DNA of 64,000 bases, taken from NCBI GenBank assembly GCA_963828525.1, contig CAWHEP010000010.1:160001-224000 (forward strand). Direction: 5' to 3'. The translations under genes and the position numbers were made by a program. The stretch is from an uncultured Verrucomicrobiae bacterium. GTDB taxonomy: Bacteria > Verrucomicrobiota > Verrucomicrobiia > Chthoniobacterales > Chthoniobacteraceae. Below the pieces are notes generated by a model. That model did not search any database. It was not told the DNA's origin and saw nothing but the letters and a program-made list of their open reading frames with translations. Below, one piece after another: positions 31,539 to 41,924 of the stretch; positions within the stretch are counted from its first letter, which is position 1; the number at the start of each line of letters is the position of its first letter.

Positions 31539-33438
31539 TTACTTCTCGCGCTTCTTCGGAGCGGGACTTCTCGCTCTGAACAGGTTCACCAGAGCCGGCA
31601 GCTCCTGTTGGAACGGCCTGTCCGTAAAAGCGTGTGGCGCCGCCTCTTCTGTCATGCTTCGGCGATCGCACAGCGGCGGTCTATGAAACAGAAAGTTCGT
31701 TGTCTGCATCGCCGTCGTATCTCCTTGTGATGGCTCACTCGCGTCTTCCAGCAGCTTTTGTTCTTCCGGAAGCAGCGCGCCTGTCTTCCCAAGCTTTATA
31801 AACTTTGCCGCGTCATTCCCGCCCTCCGCCGCGAGCAGGATTCCATAATAAGCCGCCGCGCCGGGTGCCTTCAGTTGTTCATCTGTGAGCCGCCGCATGG
31901 TGGCCAGCCCATCAGCAGTCCTCCCTTGCAGATACATCGCCAGGGCGTAAGTGGCCGCAAAATGAGGCTCTGTCGGATTCCTCTCATTCAGCTCGCTGGC
32001 AATTTGCGTCGCGCGACCCGTATCCAGGCCCAGCAGCAGCGACAACGACGCCCAATTATTCTTTGCCGTCTCGTCATTCGGATCGATCTCCAGCACCCTC
32101 GTCCACACCCGGTAAAGCTGATGCGTATCGCCGCGCGCGGCGTAGCGCTCGGAGAGCGCCGATAGCGCGTCCCTCGGATTCTCAGCGCTTCCCGCGATCA
32201 ACCACAGCAGATCCTCCGTTTCAGGACGCCAGCCCCATGACGTCGCGAGTTTCTCCAACACCGCCAGCCTTGCGGGAGCTTGCTCCGCGAGTTGGATGGC
32301 CGCGCTCCACTCCGTGACCCCTTCTTCCGGCGCTCCTGTTTCGCGTTCCGCGCGCGCCAGGAAGGCATGGCGCATGAATTCCGAGCTTCCCCAAGCTCCG
32401 GCCTTTGCCAGCGTCTTTAACTTTTTCCAGTCCAGCGCAAGGGTGTATGCCACCGCGAGCTCTGGCCCGGCTGGAGAGCCGTTTTTTATTGCGGGTTCCA
32501 GGTCTTCGCCCCACTCCCCCGCAACCATCGCGAGCCCTTTCCCGTTCATCCAGGCCATCAACTCCGCCGCTTCCGCCCCTCTCCCCTTCGCCGAATTTTT
32601 CAGCCTCCTCTAGGTAGCCAGTGAATCGACGGTCGTTCACCGTCTTCAGCGTATTTAAATAGAAGATCTTGTCCTGGATGGTCGCCTCAGGATCATGCGC
32701 CCGTTCCTCGCTCAGCTTCAGCGCGGCATCGCGGTTGCCTCGCGCCACTGCCTCCACCGAAAGCACTCGCGCGGCTGGCAGCCGCAGCCCAGGCAATTCC
32801 CCAAGCCGCTCAAGCTCGCTCTTTCCTTTGGCGTGCGCGCTCTCGTCCCGGGACGCGATTTCCATTGCCGCATAGTCAAACTGCCGCTGCGTGTTCCCGG
32901 GATCCAGCCGCAACGCCTCCGCGAATTCCGTCATCGCCCTGTCCGGATGCCTCGTCATTGCAGCCAGCCGCCCGACTACCTCATGGTAACGCGCGTCGTT
33001 GCGATTTAGTTTACCCATCACCGACGCTGCTTCAGACGCCGCGCCCACATCGGTAAACTTCAGAGCGGCCGAGGCCCACGAATAGGCATTGGCGTACTCG
33101 TTCGGTCGCAGCTCATTCACGTGCCGCCACAGCGGCACAGCCTCCGGGGTTCCGATCTTGTCCGCGAGTTCCCCAAACGCGACGGCCGCTTCGTAGTTGG
33201 ACGGATGTACTGCCAGCACATGATGCAATGTCTCGGCAGCCGCCTTGTAATCTCCATGTGCCATCGAAGCGCGCGCGTCTTCCACCGCGTGACGCTGGTG
33301 CCACTGTGAATACACTCGCGGCAGCACCCAGCACGCTGGCGGCGCGATCACCGCCACTGCTATGCACACGCGGGTCAGAGTTCGCTTCAGCGTCCTCCGC
33401 TTTCGTATGATATCTCGTCGGCTTACACGTTCGGCCAT
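31539..33438 (-). CDS. Membrane-anchored TPR-repeat protein, frameshift near 32570-32590
   Basis: N-terminal TM; helical repeats (EALRLDPGN, VLEIDPND..AKNN) across two ORFs. Confidence 0.7.
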
Positions 33439-33601
33439 CGCAAGGAGCGAGAAAATTCAAACCCTCCCCCTTTGGCAAATCTATTCCTCGCTCCCAATGT
33501 TACGTTCACGTTTCAGCGAGCGAAGCCGCTGCCAGTGTGATCCGCGCCTTTACGTTTCGCCGCCCGTTCCCCTGAAGCGTCAAAATCCTGACAAACCCCC
33601 T

Positions 33602-35237
33602 CTAATGCCCCTCCCACTTCGCCGCTGTCAGATTATAGAACCACTTGGGATCCTTGGTATCTTTCTCATACCAGAGCCACGCGCCATCCGCGCTCCGGTA
33701 CATAAAAGAGTAAGCCGTCATGCTCGTCCACAACCATCCCATATCCTGGCTATCCATCCAGATGCTCGAAGCCGTGGAACCAGTCGGGATGTACAGCCAC
33801 CCCTGGTCTTGATGGTAAATCCAACCGGGAGGAACTCCATAGAAATATCCCATCACCCCCGATTCATTCCATCCGCCGCCCACCGGCACCGCGTCGGAGA
33901 TGATATCAGGCGAGGAAAGAATCACGATCCGATCGATCGCGCCTGTATTGTAGTTCGTCATTAGCACATCACCGTTCGACGGATCGATTCCAAACGCCGA
34001 AACACCGGGATCGCTCCCGATCATCGTGCTTACAGGAGCCGACGTGCCACTCCGCGTGAGCGTCCAGATATTCCCCACCGCGTAATCGCCGTAAATGTAT
34101 GTCCCTGGCAGCCCCGCAAAACGCGTCCCCCGGTAAACCACTCCACCGACCACGCAATCGCCCTGGTTCTTTTTGCTCCCGTGGGCATATTCAACGATTG
34201 GGTGGTTGTAAGTGAATCCCGCAGGCGGAGTGCGCGGCCCGGGATGATTCTGTTCATAAAATGACCATCCTCCGTTTGCGCCGCTCGTGAGCAGATACAC
34301 CCCTTCATAGGTATCCTGTCCCACGTTCCCGCACCAAAGTTCTCCTGTGCCGGGATCGATGGAAAACCTCCACGGGTTCCGCATGCCGACCGCCCAGAAC
34401 TCGGTTCGAAGATTCGCCTTTGCAACCGCTTCGCCATTGAAAGTCGTGGCTCCGACAAACGGGTTGTCCGCGGGCACTGAATACCGCGCCGCCGTTCCAT
34501 CAAGCATGACACCCGCGCCATGCTCTGGCGCAGCCGGATTCGGCGCGAGATTCCCCGCCTTCTTATCCACGTCGATCCTGATCAGTCCTGAAAAAAATCC
34601 CCCGTCTATATGCTGGGCGTTCCCAAGCGAATCGTTTTGCTGTCCTCCGTCCCCAAGCGAGGCGTACAAGTATCCATCCGCGCCAAAGTGCATCCCCCCC
34701 GTTATGATTCCCTTCCGGATGTTGCTGGGTCACGATCACGAACTCCGAAGCCGGGTCTGCCGCATTCGGGTTTGTTGCCTGCGCCTTGAAACGCGAGATG
34801 CGCCACTCCGCCGGACTCTTGCCCCCGTTCGGCAGCACAGCGTAGAATATGTAGAAATATCCGTTGGTTGAATAGGCCGGGTGGAAAGCAATCCCCAGCA
34901 ACCCTTGCTCGGATTGCGTGCTGAGAACCTCCGACCGCGAGGATAACAGCGCCGGAAGATCCAAAAACACTGATGGCGACACACTGGATGCCGTCACATC
35001 CGGGATCACCTTCAGCAATCCGGTCTTTTCGCAGATGAACAGCCGTTTCGTGTCTCCAGGGGGCGACGCGAGACACAGCGGCTGGCTTAACGGAGCAAGT
35101 GAAGGAAACGCGGCGCTGATCTTAAAGGTCGGCGCGGGCGCCGCTGCCTGCGCCAGCGCCATTATCCCCAAGCTGCACAGGATCCCCGCGAGCAATTGCG
35201 GCAAACGAACGCTTCTCAGGCAGGGATAGTTGCGCAT
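33602..35237 (-). CDS. Secreted glucose/sorbosone dehydrogenase (GSDH, PQQ-type propeller) with Trp-rich C-terminal domain, frameshift at C-run near 34695
   Basis: Signal peptide, SEQGLLGIAFHP, NHNGG/HFGADGYLYASLGDGG, YSVPADNPF, GMRNPWRFS. Confidence 0.88.
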
Positions 35238-35348
35238 GGACAGTCTCCGGTTCGGGTATGCGCAAGCTTACCCCTGCGCGAAAGGGTTGCACCTACATTC
35301 GCGCTTCGCCCGATGTTCGGCTGGCGCGTCCTTCTACTTTTGCGCCCC

Positions 35349-35804
35349 TCAACTCATGCTGCTGTGCTGCTGCAGCCAGAGGCTCATCCTCGCCTCGCTC
35401 GTCTCCTTGAGGATCCATCCCACAGACCCGCCTGCCGCTGGGATTGGGCGCTTGTATCGCGAGATCCATTGCGGCTTCCCGAGCAGCCCATAGCGCGGAC
35501 GAAAGCTATACTCCGCCCCTTGTGCCATATAGTGACGATCCATCACTTGGCCGGCTATCGAGCTTACTATATTGGCCTCTTCCGCCGCCCGTTGTTCACC
35601 CTCCAGACTCGCCAAGCCCTGTAAACTCTCGTCCGGCACGTCCACGAGCAGTTCCGCCACCAACGGGGAATCACAACTCGCGGCATTTTTCATGGTTACC
35701 TCGATCAGAAAACTCCTCGATTGCATGTGCTTGCTCCCTTCAGGCGTCTGCAAGGACAGCCTGGCCGGCCCGTCGAGCAACTCCCCCCGAAATTGCTCAA
35801 TCAC
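35349..35804 (-). CDS. Hypothetical protein
   Basis: 151-aa ORF fills the gap between divergent genes; no recognisable motif. Confidence 0.35.
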   Translation of the reverse strand: MIEQFRGELLDGPARLSLQTPEGSKHMQSRSFLIEVTMKNAASCDSPLVAELLVDVPDESLQGLASLEGEQRAAEEANIVSSIAGQVMDRHYMAQGAEYSFRPRYGLLGKPQWISRYKRPIPAAGGSVGWILKETSEARMSLWLQQHSSMS

Positions 35805-36084
35805 CCACCAGCCAGACTGTCCTTTTCAAAACCAATCAGACAGTTCGTGCCATTAGCAGAGCCCGTGCCACGGGCCTCCAGCCCCTTCTCTACCTAGGCA
35901 AATGCGCCTAGGCAAGTCGACGACTTCCCCAACGGCTGTCTGTTTTTGGGCAACCCTCTGGCTCTTTACACACACGCGGCCCCAATAACGCGCCAGCATG
36001 CGCATCCCTGAGCGCCGACGCCCCTTCCCCGCAGGGAGTTCCCGCATCCCCCCTCTTCCTTTTCCCATCCGAACGGTCGAACTC

Positions 36085-36100
36085 CGGCACGTACCCTGCT
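36085..36100 (+). promoter_or_regulatory. Possible sigma-54 promoter
   Basis: CGGCACGTACCCTGCT keeps GG-N10-GC spacing, two mismatches to consensus, 13 bp before ATG. Confidence 0.4.
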
Positions 36101-36113
36101 TATAAAAACTATA

Positions 36114-38178
36114 ATGAGCATACGTACTAGCATTTGCAGGGCAGCCTCACGTCTAGGCTTCCCCCGCGCTGCGCTCTTCACAGTCCTGCTGTTAACCCAG
36201 CTTCCTTCCGCCTTTGCCGACTTCGCGCAATCCTGGGCGTGGCGCAATCCAATGCCGCAGGGAAATCCTCTTCTCGACATCGCTTACGGGAACGCAACCT
36301 TTGTAGCCGTGGGGGACGCGGGCTGCATCGTGTCTTCTCCCAACGGAGTTTCATGGACGAGTAGAAATTCGCACACCTCGAGCCCCATCAACGGGATCGT
36401 CTGGGGCGGTGCCGCATTCGTGGCGGTCGGCGAGGCGGGCCTCATCCTCTCATCCCCGGATGGCGTTGCGTGGACAACCCGCTCCGCCGGAGTGGCGGCT
36501 TCATTAAATGCGGTATCCTATGCAAGCGGCCAGTTTGTCGCAGTCGGAGACTCAGGCGCAATCCTCACATCGCCGGATGGGATCACCTGGACGTCGCGCT
36601 CTTCCGGGTCCTGCCACCGATCTTTCCGCCATTGCAGCCAATAGCAGCGGCGCATTTGTCGCGGTCGGCGTCGCCGGAACCATCCTTACCTCGGCAAACG
36701 GCAGCTCGTGGACTGGCGTGTCATCGCCAACCACCAACGACCTCACGGCAGTGTCATCCTCGGGCGGAAGTTTCGTGGCTGTGGGAGTCATTGGCACCGC
36801 TCTCGCCTCTCCGGATGGCGTCACCTGGAATTTCGAGAAACCCAATACTTTCGATGATCTCTACGGCATCGCGAACGCCAAGGGCGCGTTCGTCGCGGTC
36901 GGTCTTCTCGGCGCGATTCAGACTTCGCCAGACGGTGTTACGTGGTCGGCGCAGAATTCAGGACTCACGTCAGCCCTCTACAGCATCGCCAGCAACGGGA
37001 ACACGTTCGTGGCTGTCGGCGATTGTGGCGCCCTCCTCACCTCTCCAGACGGAGTTTCATGGACACCGGCGGACGCTGGCGCTCTTGCCCAACTCTATGG
37101 AGCAGCGTCCAGCAGCACCCTCGTCGTAGCGGTGGGCGATGCCGGAACCATCCTCACTTCGCCGGATGGCGCGGGCTGGACTTGCAGGAACTCTGGAACC
37201 GTTGCCCCGCTTTACTCCGCGGCCTTTGGAAATGGGCAGTTTGTCGCCGCTGGCCAGGCAGGAACCCTTCTCACCTCACCCGACGGCTTTACCTGGACCA
37301 GCCGTAATTCGGGTACGACGGCCGACCTCCACTGCATTACTTTCGCCGCGAACCAGTTCGTCGCGGCGGGGAGCAACGGTGTGATTGTGACATCGGTTGA
37401 TGGGGTCACATGGGTAAGCAGGGCCTCCGGGTCATCGAGGGCTTTGTATGGCATCTCTTATGGGAACGGCCAGTTCGTCGCTGTAGGAGACTCAGGAACG
37501 GTGCTTGTCTCACAGAATGCTGTCGCCTGGATGCCGGAAGTTTCCGGAGTTGTCTCCACACTCCGCTCCGTCGCTTTTGGCAGCAGCGTATTTACTGCGG
37601 TCGGCGATTCTGGCGTTATCCTGACCTCGCCCACGGGCGCCCTCTGGACAGCTTCCCAGTCAGGAGTCACAACCTCTCTCTACGGAGTCGTATTCGGCGC
37701 GAATCAATTTGCCGCCACAGGAGCCTCTGGTGTCATTCTCACCTCCCAGAGCGGCCTGGCATGGTCCCCGCGCTCCTCGGGCGCTGTTTCTTCGCTCTAC
37801 GCTGTCGCCCCCGGAGCCAATTCACTCATCGCCCTCGGCGACTCGGGAGCCATTCTTCAATCCGGCGCATTCCCGATCTTCTCCGACTCTGTGCCTCTTT
37901 CCGGCGGGTGGAATTACTCGGCGGTCTTCGGCTACTACGCCTACAACGCCCCGGGATGGATCTACCACCAGCAGCACGGGCCGATGTATATCGATCCATC
38001 CTCCACCTCCTCCAATATCCTCATCTACACCACCGACATGGGCTGGCTCTGGACTTGCATGACGGCGTATCCCGATGTGTACCGCTTCTCCGACAAGGCG
38101 TGGCTCTGGTACGAGGAAGGCACTTCGAGTCCCCGCTGGTTCTACAACTACACCGGCGGCAAGTGGGAAAGCCACTAG
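36114..38178 (+). CDS. Secreted BNR/Asp-box-like beta-propeller protein (about 14 repeats) with Trp-rich C-terminal domain, frameshift near 36610
   Basis: Signal peptide; ~39-aa repeats FVAVGxxGxILTSPDGxTW, 14 counted by eye. Confidence 0.85.
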
Positions 38179-39233
38179 CTGGCGCTCACGCTCTCCGCGT
38201 CGGAAGGCCCCTCCATCACCCCCAACTGCTGCACCAGGTTGCCCGGCAGCGGACGCGCCCGCTCGTATACCCGCGGGCCGATCAGCGGGGACGTCTCATA
38301 ACCCGAGAAGATCATCTCCAGCTTGGCATCCAGGTTGTCTATATGGTGCAGCGCGTAAGCCTCCGGTGTCTTCGGATCCACAGGCGACCCAAACTCTTTC
38401 GCTCCATGATGGGCCGCGATGAGATGCAGCAAATGCAACCGCGCGTCCTCGGACTCGGGCTTCAGAGCAGGCCAGCTCTCAGCCTCCGGCCCTGCTTGGA
38501 CTTTCCGCCACAGATTGTTCACCAATTCGATTCCGATCGTGATGTGGCCGATCAACTCGCCCCACTCGTTAAATGGCATGATGAACCCCGTCTCCGTGTA
38601 CGCGTTCTCCCATAACTTGCCGCAGTCGTGAAATAAGACGCCCGCGATCAGCAGGTCGCGATTTAATCGCGGATACACCGCAGCAATCGCCTCCGCCGCC
38701 CTCATCATCTGCGCCGTATGCTCCACCAGCCCACCCCGTCGCGAGTGATGGTAGCTCCGAGCTGCGGCCGTCCGGCGGAATCGCTCTCCATGTTCCGCGA
38801 GAAACAGTTGTCCCACCAACCTCAGCCGCGGATCGCCCAACGCCGCAATGCGCTCGCTGATGAACTGGTAATCCGCGTCCTGTTTCTCCCGCAGAGGCGC
38901 TGGGCCTCTGAGCAGCGCCACTCGCTCCTCTTCCTCCAGACGACGGCACGCCCAACGTTTCGCCTCCACGCCATAGGGCGGGTTCATCGCGAACTCGCCT
39001 GTGATCTCGAGGAACGCGCCCCTTTCCAACTCGCCGCATTGTCCGAAATTGGGCGAATCACTCCACGCCCTCAAGGTCAGCTTGGCCTCCGCGTCCGTGA
39101 GCGTCAGTTCCCAGAAAGGCTTCTGATCACGCGTCTCCTTCTTCGCGATCACCTCCACCTGCCCATGCGCCGCAGCCTCCACTCTCCCGTCTTGCGCAAG
39201 CCGTTTCAGCTCCGCGATTGAGATTACTTCCAT
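38175..39233 (-). CDS. yhaM: YhaM/Cbf1-like OB-fold plus HD 3'-5' exoribonuclease
   Basis: AAARSYHHSRRGGLVEH, LFHDCGK, GHITIG, AHHG, HHIDNLDAK; start set at MEVISI. Confidence 0.85.
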   Translation of the reverse strand: MEVISIAELKRLAQDGRVEAAAHGQVEVIAKKETRDQKPFWELTLTDAEAKLTLRAWSDSPNFGQCGELERGAFLEITGEFAMNPPYGVEAKRWACRRLEEEERVALLRGPAPLREKQDADYQFISERIAALGDPRLRLVGQLFLAEHGERFRRTAAARSYHHSRRGGLVEHTAQMMRAAEAIAAVYPRLNRDLLIAGVLFHDCGKLWENAYTETGFIMPFNEWGELIGHITIGIELVNNLWRKVQAGPEAESWPALKPESEDARLHLLHLIAAHHGAKEFGSPVDPKTPEAYALHHIDNLDAKLEMIFSGYETSPLIGPRVYERARPLPGNLVQQLGVMEGPSDAESVSAS

Positions 39234-39238
39234 CCGGT

Positions 39239-39700
39239 TTACCAACCCCCGCGGGCTGAGATAAGGCACCACGCGTACGCCAGGATCAACGGCAGGACGA
39301 GGGGCGCTATGTGCCCCAGCAGAAGAGTCCAGACGTTCCCCTGCACCGCGGGCACTATGCTGTCGCCCGTATGCCCAAACTGCTTCCGAAACGACGCTCG
39401 CAGGGATTGCATAGCGATCACTCCGGCAAGGATTCCGCAGTAGATGAGCGCAGTAGTTGCAATCGCGATGATCGGGATGGCGTGCCAGATCAGCTTTAGT
39501 TGCCTGTCGAACTCCCCAATCCGGTTCTGGTCGGGCGCCAGCCCGTTCAACACGATCGCATACGCCGTAAACAGGAAGGACTGCGATGACACGAGCCATG
39601 ACAGCCGCTGCGCGATAAGGTCGTCCTCATGCACGATCTGGTTCCGTACTGCCTGGTAAAACTCCGCGTCGGTCAGCTTGATTGATTCGAGTGAGGCCAT
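39239..39700 (-). CDS. Small multi-TM membrane protein
   Basis: QIVHEDDLIAQRLSWLVSSQSFLFTAYAI then about three hydrophobic segments. Confidence 0.7.
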   Translation of the reverse strand: MASLESIKLTDAEFYQAVRNQIVHEDDLIAQRLSWLVSSQSFLFTAYAIVLNGLAPDQNRIGEFDRQLKLIWHAIPIIAIATTALIYCGILAGVIAMQSLRASFRKQFGHTGDSIVPAVQGNVWTLLLGHIAPLVLPLILAYAWCLISARGGW

Positions 39701-39795
39701 CGGAACCAGATTCAGATACAAAAGCCGGGGCGCTTCCACAAGGCTAAACCCAACCGTGACAACCCCCGTTTCCGCGGCTAAAAATTCACCTCGCG

Positions 39796-40932
39796 ATGAT
39801 CGCCGCCGTCATTCCTCTCTATAATCATCGCGAATTCATTGCGGACGCGGTCAAGTCGGTGCTCTCGCAGACGCGGCGCGTGGATCGCGTCATTGTAGTT
39901 GACGACGGCTCGACTGACGGCTCTGCCGAAGTGGTTCGCCAGCTCTGCGACTCTCGCGTTGAACTCATCCAGCAGCAGAACCAGGGCGCCCATGCCACCA
40001 TCAATCGCGGCGTGCTTTTGGCTGATCCCGCCGACTACATCGCCATCCTGAACTCCGATGATCTTTTCCACCCCTCCCGCATCGAGCGCGCCGTCTCGCG
40101 TCTGGAGACCGATCCGCGCGCGGATGTTGTTTGCGCGAGGTTTAACATCATCGACTCCGAGGGGCGCGAACAAGACCCCGGCGTGAGGGCGCGGTGGGTT
40201 GATGGAGCCTGGTCTGATGAAGAAGCCAGCCTTCCCTGGTGGCTGGGCGTCGCAAACCTGGCCAAGACCACCAGCAACCTTGTCGGACGGCGCTCTTATT
40301 TCCTGTCGCATCCCTTTCAGGACTACCGCTTTGTTCACGACTACTTCTTCGTCATTCTTTGCGCCCTGGAACGCAAACTTGCCCTCCTTCCCGAAGAACT
40401 CCTCTCCTATCGGGTTCACTCGTCCAACACCATCAAGTCCTCGCCTCCTGAGAACGTCACGAAAGAGGTTCTCCTCATGAACGTGAACCTGTTGCGTCAC
40501 CTCGCGCCGGAACTTGCCCTCGATCCGGCGATGCGTCGCGACTGCGCTCTCTATCTCCGCTCTCTTATGGAGAACCACTCCGACTTCCGCTGCGAACTTT
40601 TTTTTAACCTCATTGCTACGTTGCTCCGCGACGCTCATCCCGATTGCATCACCTCGGCCCTCGCAAGTATGGCCTCCTTTCCGGAACTTAACACCCCTTC
40701 CCTCCGCTCGCCTTGGGAACGGAGAGCCGAAGCCGAGTACGCGCGTCTCCAGCAGCAATTACTCGCGTCCCGCTGGTTTGCCCTAGGCAGGGCTTTCGGT
40801 TTCACGCGCGACATCTCCTCCATGGAACCCTCCAACGCCCAGTCAAAACTGGCCCTGCTTAGAAAGCGCCTCATCAACTCGACATGGCTTAAGCTCGGAC
40901 GCAGGCTTGGCTTCGAACAGAAGCTCGGTTAA
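39796..40932 (+). CDS. Glycosyltransferase family 2
   Basis: VIPLYN, VVDDGSTDGS, NQGAHATINRG, LNSDD. Confidence 0.92.
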   Translation: MIAAVIPLYNHREFIADAVKSVLSQTRRVDRVIVVDDGSTDGSAEVVRQLCDSRVELIQQQNQGAHATINRGVLLADPADYIAILNSDDLFHPSRIERAVSRLETDPRADVVCARFNIIDSEGREQDPGVRARWVDGAWSDEEASLPWWLGVANLAKTTSNLVGRRSYFLSHPFQDYRFVHDYFFVILCALERKLALLPEELLSYRVHSSNTIKSSPPENVTKEVLLMNVNLLRHLAPELALDPAMRRDCALYLRSLMENHSDFRCELFFNLIATLLRDAHPDCITSALASMASFPELNTPSLRSPWERRAEAEYARLQQQLLASRWFALGRAFGFTRDISSMEPSNAQSKLALLRKRLINSTWLKLGRRLGFEQKLG

Positions 40933-40947
40933 CGCTTCTCCCTGGGA

Positions 40948-41709
40948 ATGACTCCTCTCGAACAACGGATAAAATACAAGTTCCGGAACTCGTTGCTCCT
41001 GGCGGAGGCGCTCACGCACCCCAGCCTCGGTCACGAGACCCAGATGCATCACTTCGACAACCAGCGCCTCGAGTTCCTCGGCGATGCTGTCCTTCAACTG
41101 ATCTTCACAAACCATCTATTCGATCTTTTCCCCTCCTTTACAGAGGGCCAGCTCACCAAGCTTCGTTCACGACTCGTCTCGCGGGAGGGACTCCAGGTTC
41201 ATGCCATCGCCATAGGCATCGGCAGCCATCTCATGATGGGCAAAGGCGAGGAATCCAGCGGCGGACGCACCCGGCCCTCCACCCTCGCTGACGCGTTCGA
41301 AGCCCTCATTGGCGCGATGTATCTCGACAGCAACCTCGACACGGTCAAACGCTTCGTTCTCCAGGAAGCCAAATCCGACATCGAAGCTCTCCGGCTCGAA
41401 CCCCTGGACGTGAACCCGAAAGGGAGGCTCCAGGAAATACTACAGGCCATTTCCCCTCGCAGTCCCCAATACTCCATCCTTTCGCAAAGCGGCCCCGAAC
41501 ACCAAAAACACTTCATCGCGGAAGTCGCCTGGGACGGCAGGAAACTCGGCAGCGGCGAAGGCAAAAGCAAAAAGGAAGCTGAAACCGCCGCAGCCGTAGC
41601 CGCCTTGGAGCAGCACCTCTGGCCTGATACCCCGGAACTCCCCGGTGAGGCGTCGTCTCATTCAACTCCACCAACAACATCCTCACAACTCCCTAAGATC
41701 ATCCAATAA
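40948..41709 (+). CDS. rnc: Ribonuclease III
   Basis: NQRLEFLGDAVL, ADAFEALIGA, dsRBD (NPKGRLQE..GKSKKEAE). Confidence 0.97.
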   Translation: MTPLEQRIKYKFRNSLLLAEALTHPSLGHETQMHHFDNQRLEFLGDAVLQLIFTNHLFDLFPSFTEGQLTKLRSRLVSREGLQVHAIAIGIGSHLMMGKGEESSGGRTRPSTLADAFEALIGAMYLDSNLDTVKRFVLQEAKSDIEALRLEPLDVNPKGRLQEILQAISPRSPQYSILSQSGPEHQKHFIAEVAWDGRKLGSGEGKSKKEAETAAAVAALEQHLWPDTPELPGEASSHSTPPTTSSQLPKIIQ

Positions 41710-41759
41710 CCCTCCGCTCAAGTCACCCCTCCTGAGAACCTCGTCCCTTTGCGCGCTCC

Positions 41760-41892
41760 TTGTTCACACGTTCGCCCGACTGTGGAACCCAGCACCATGG
41801 CTTGAGGAACCCTCCCAGGTCACTTTATCCACATCTATAATATGAATGATTGATGACGGTTCTTTTAAAGAATTCTTAAGAGATGTGAACAA
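41760..41892. promoter_or_regulatory. DnaA-box cluster flanking an AT-rich stretch (oriC-like)
   Basis: TTATCCACA 41825-41833; TTGTTCACA 41760-41768; reverse TTGTTCACA 41884-41892; weak reverse box 41781-41789; 41834-41883 has 13 G+C in 50 bp. Confidence 0.55.
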
Positions 41893-41924
41893 CAAGCTCC
41901 GCGGCAAGTAGCGAGTCATAAACA

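Noticed and set aside
36300..37860. ~117-bp periodicity as a DNA repeat array
   Set aside because: Conservation is at the protein level (propeller blades) with divergent codons
33602..38178. Duplicated C-terminal segments as DGR template/variable repeats or an invertible segment
   Set aside because: Differences are not adenine-specific, DNA identity is modest, and no reverse transcriptase or invertase is present
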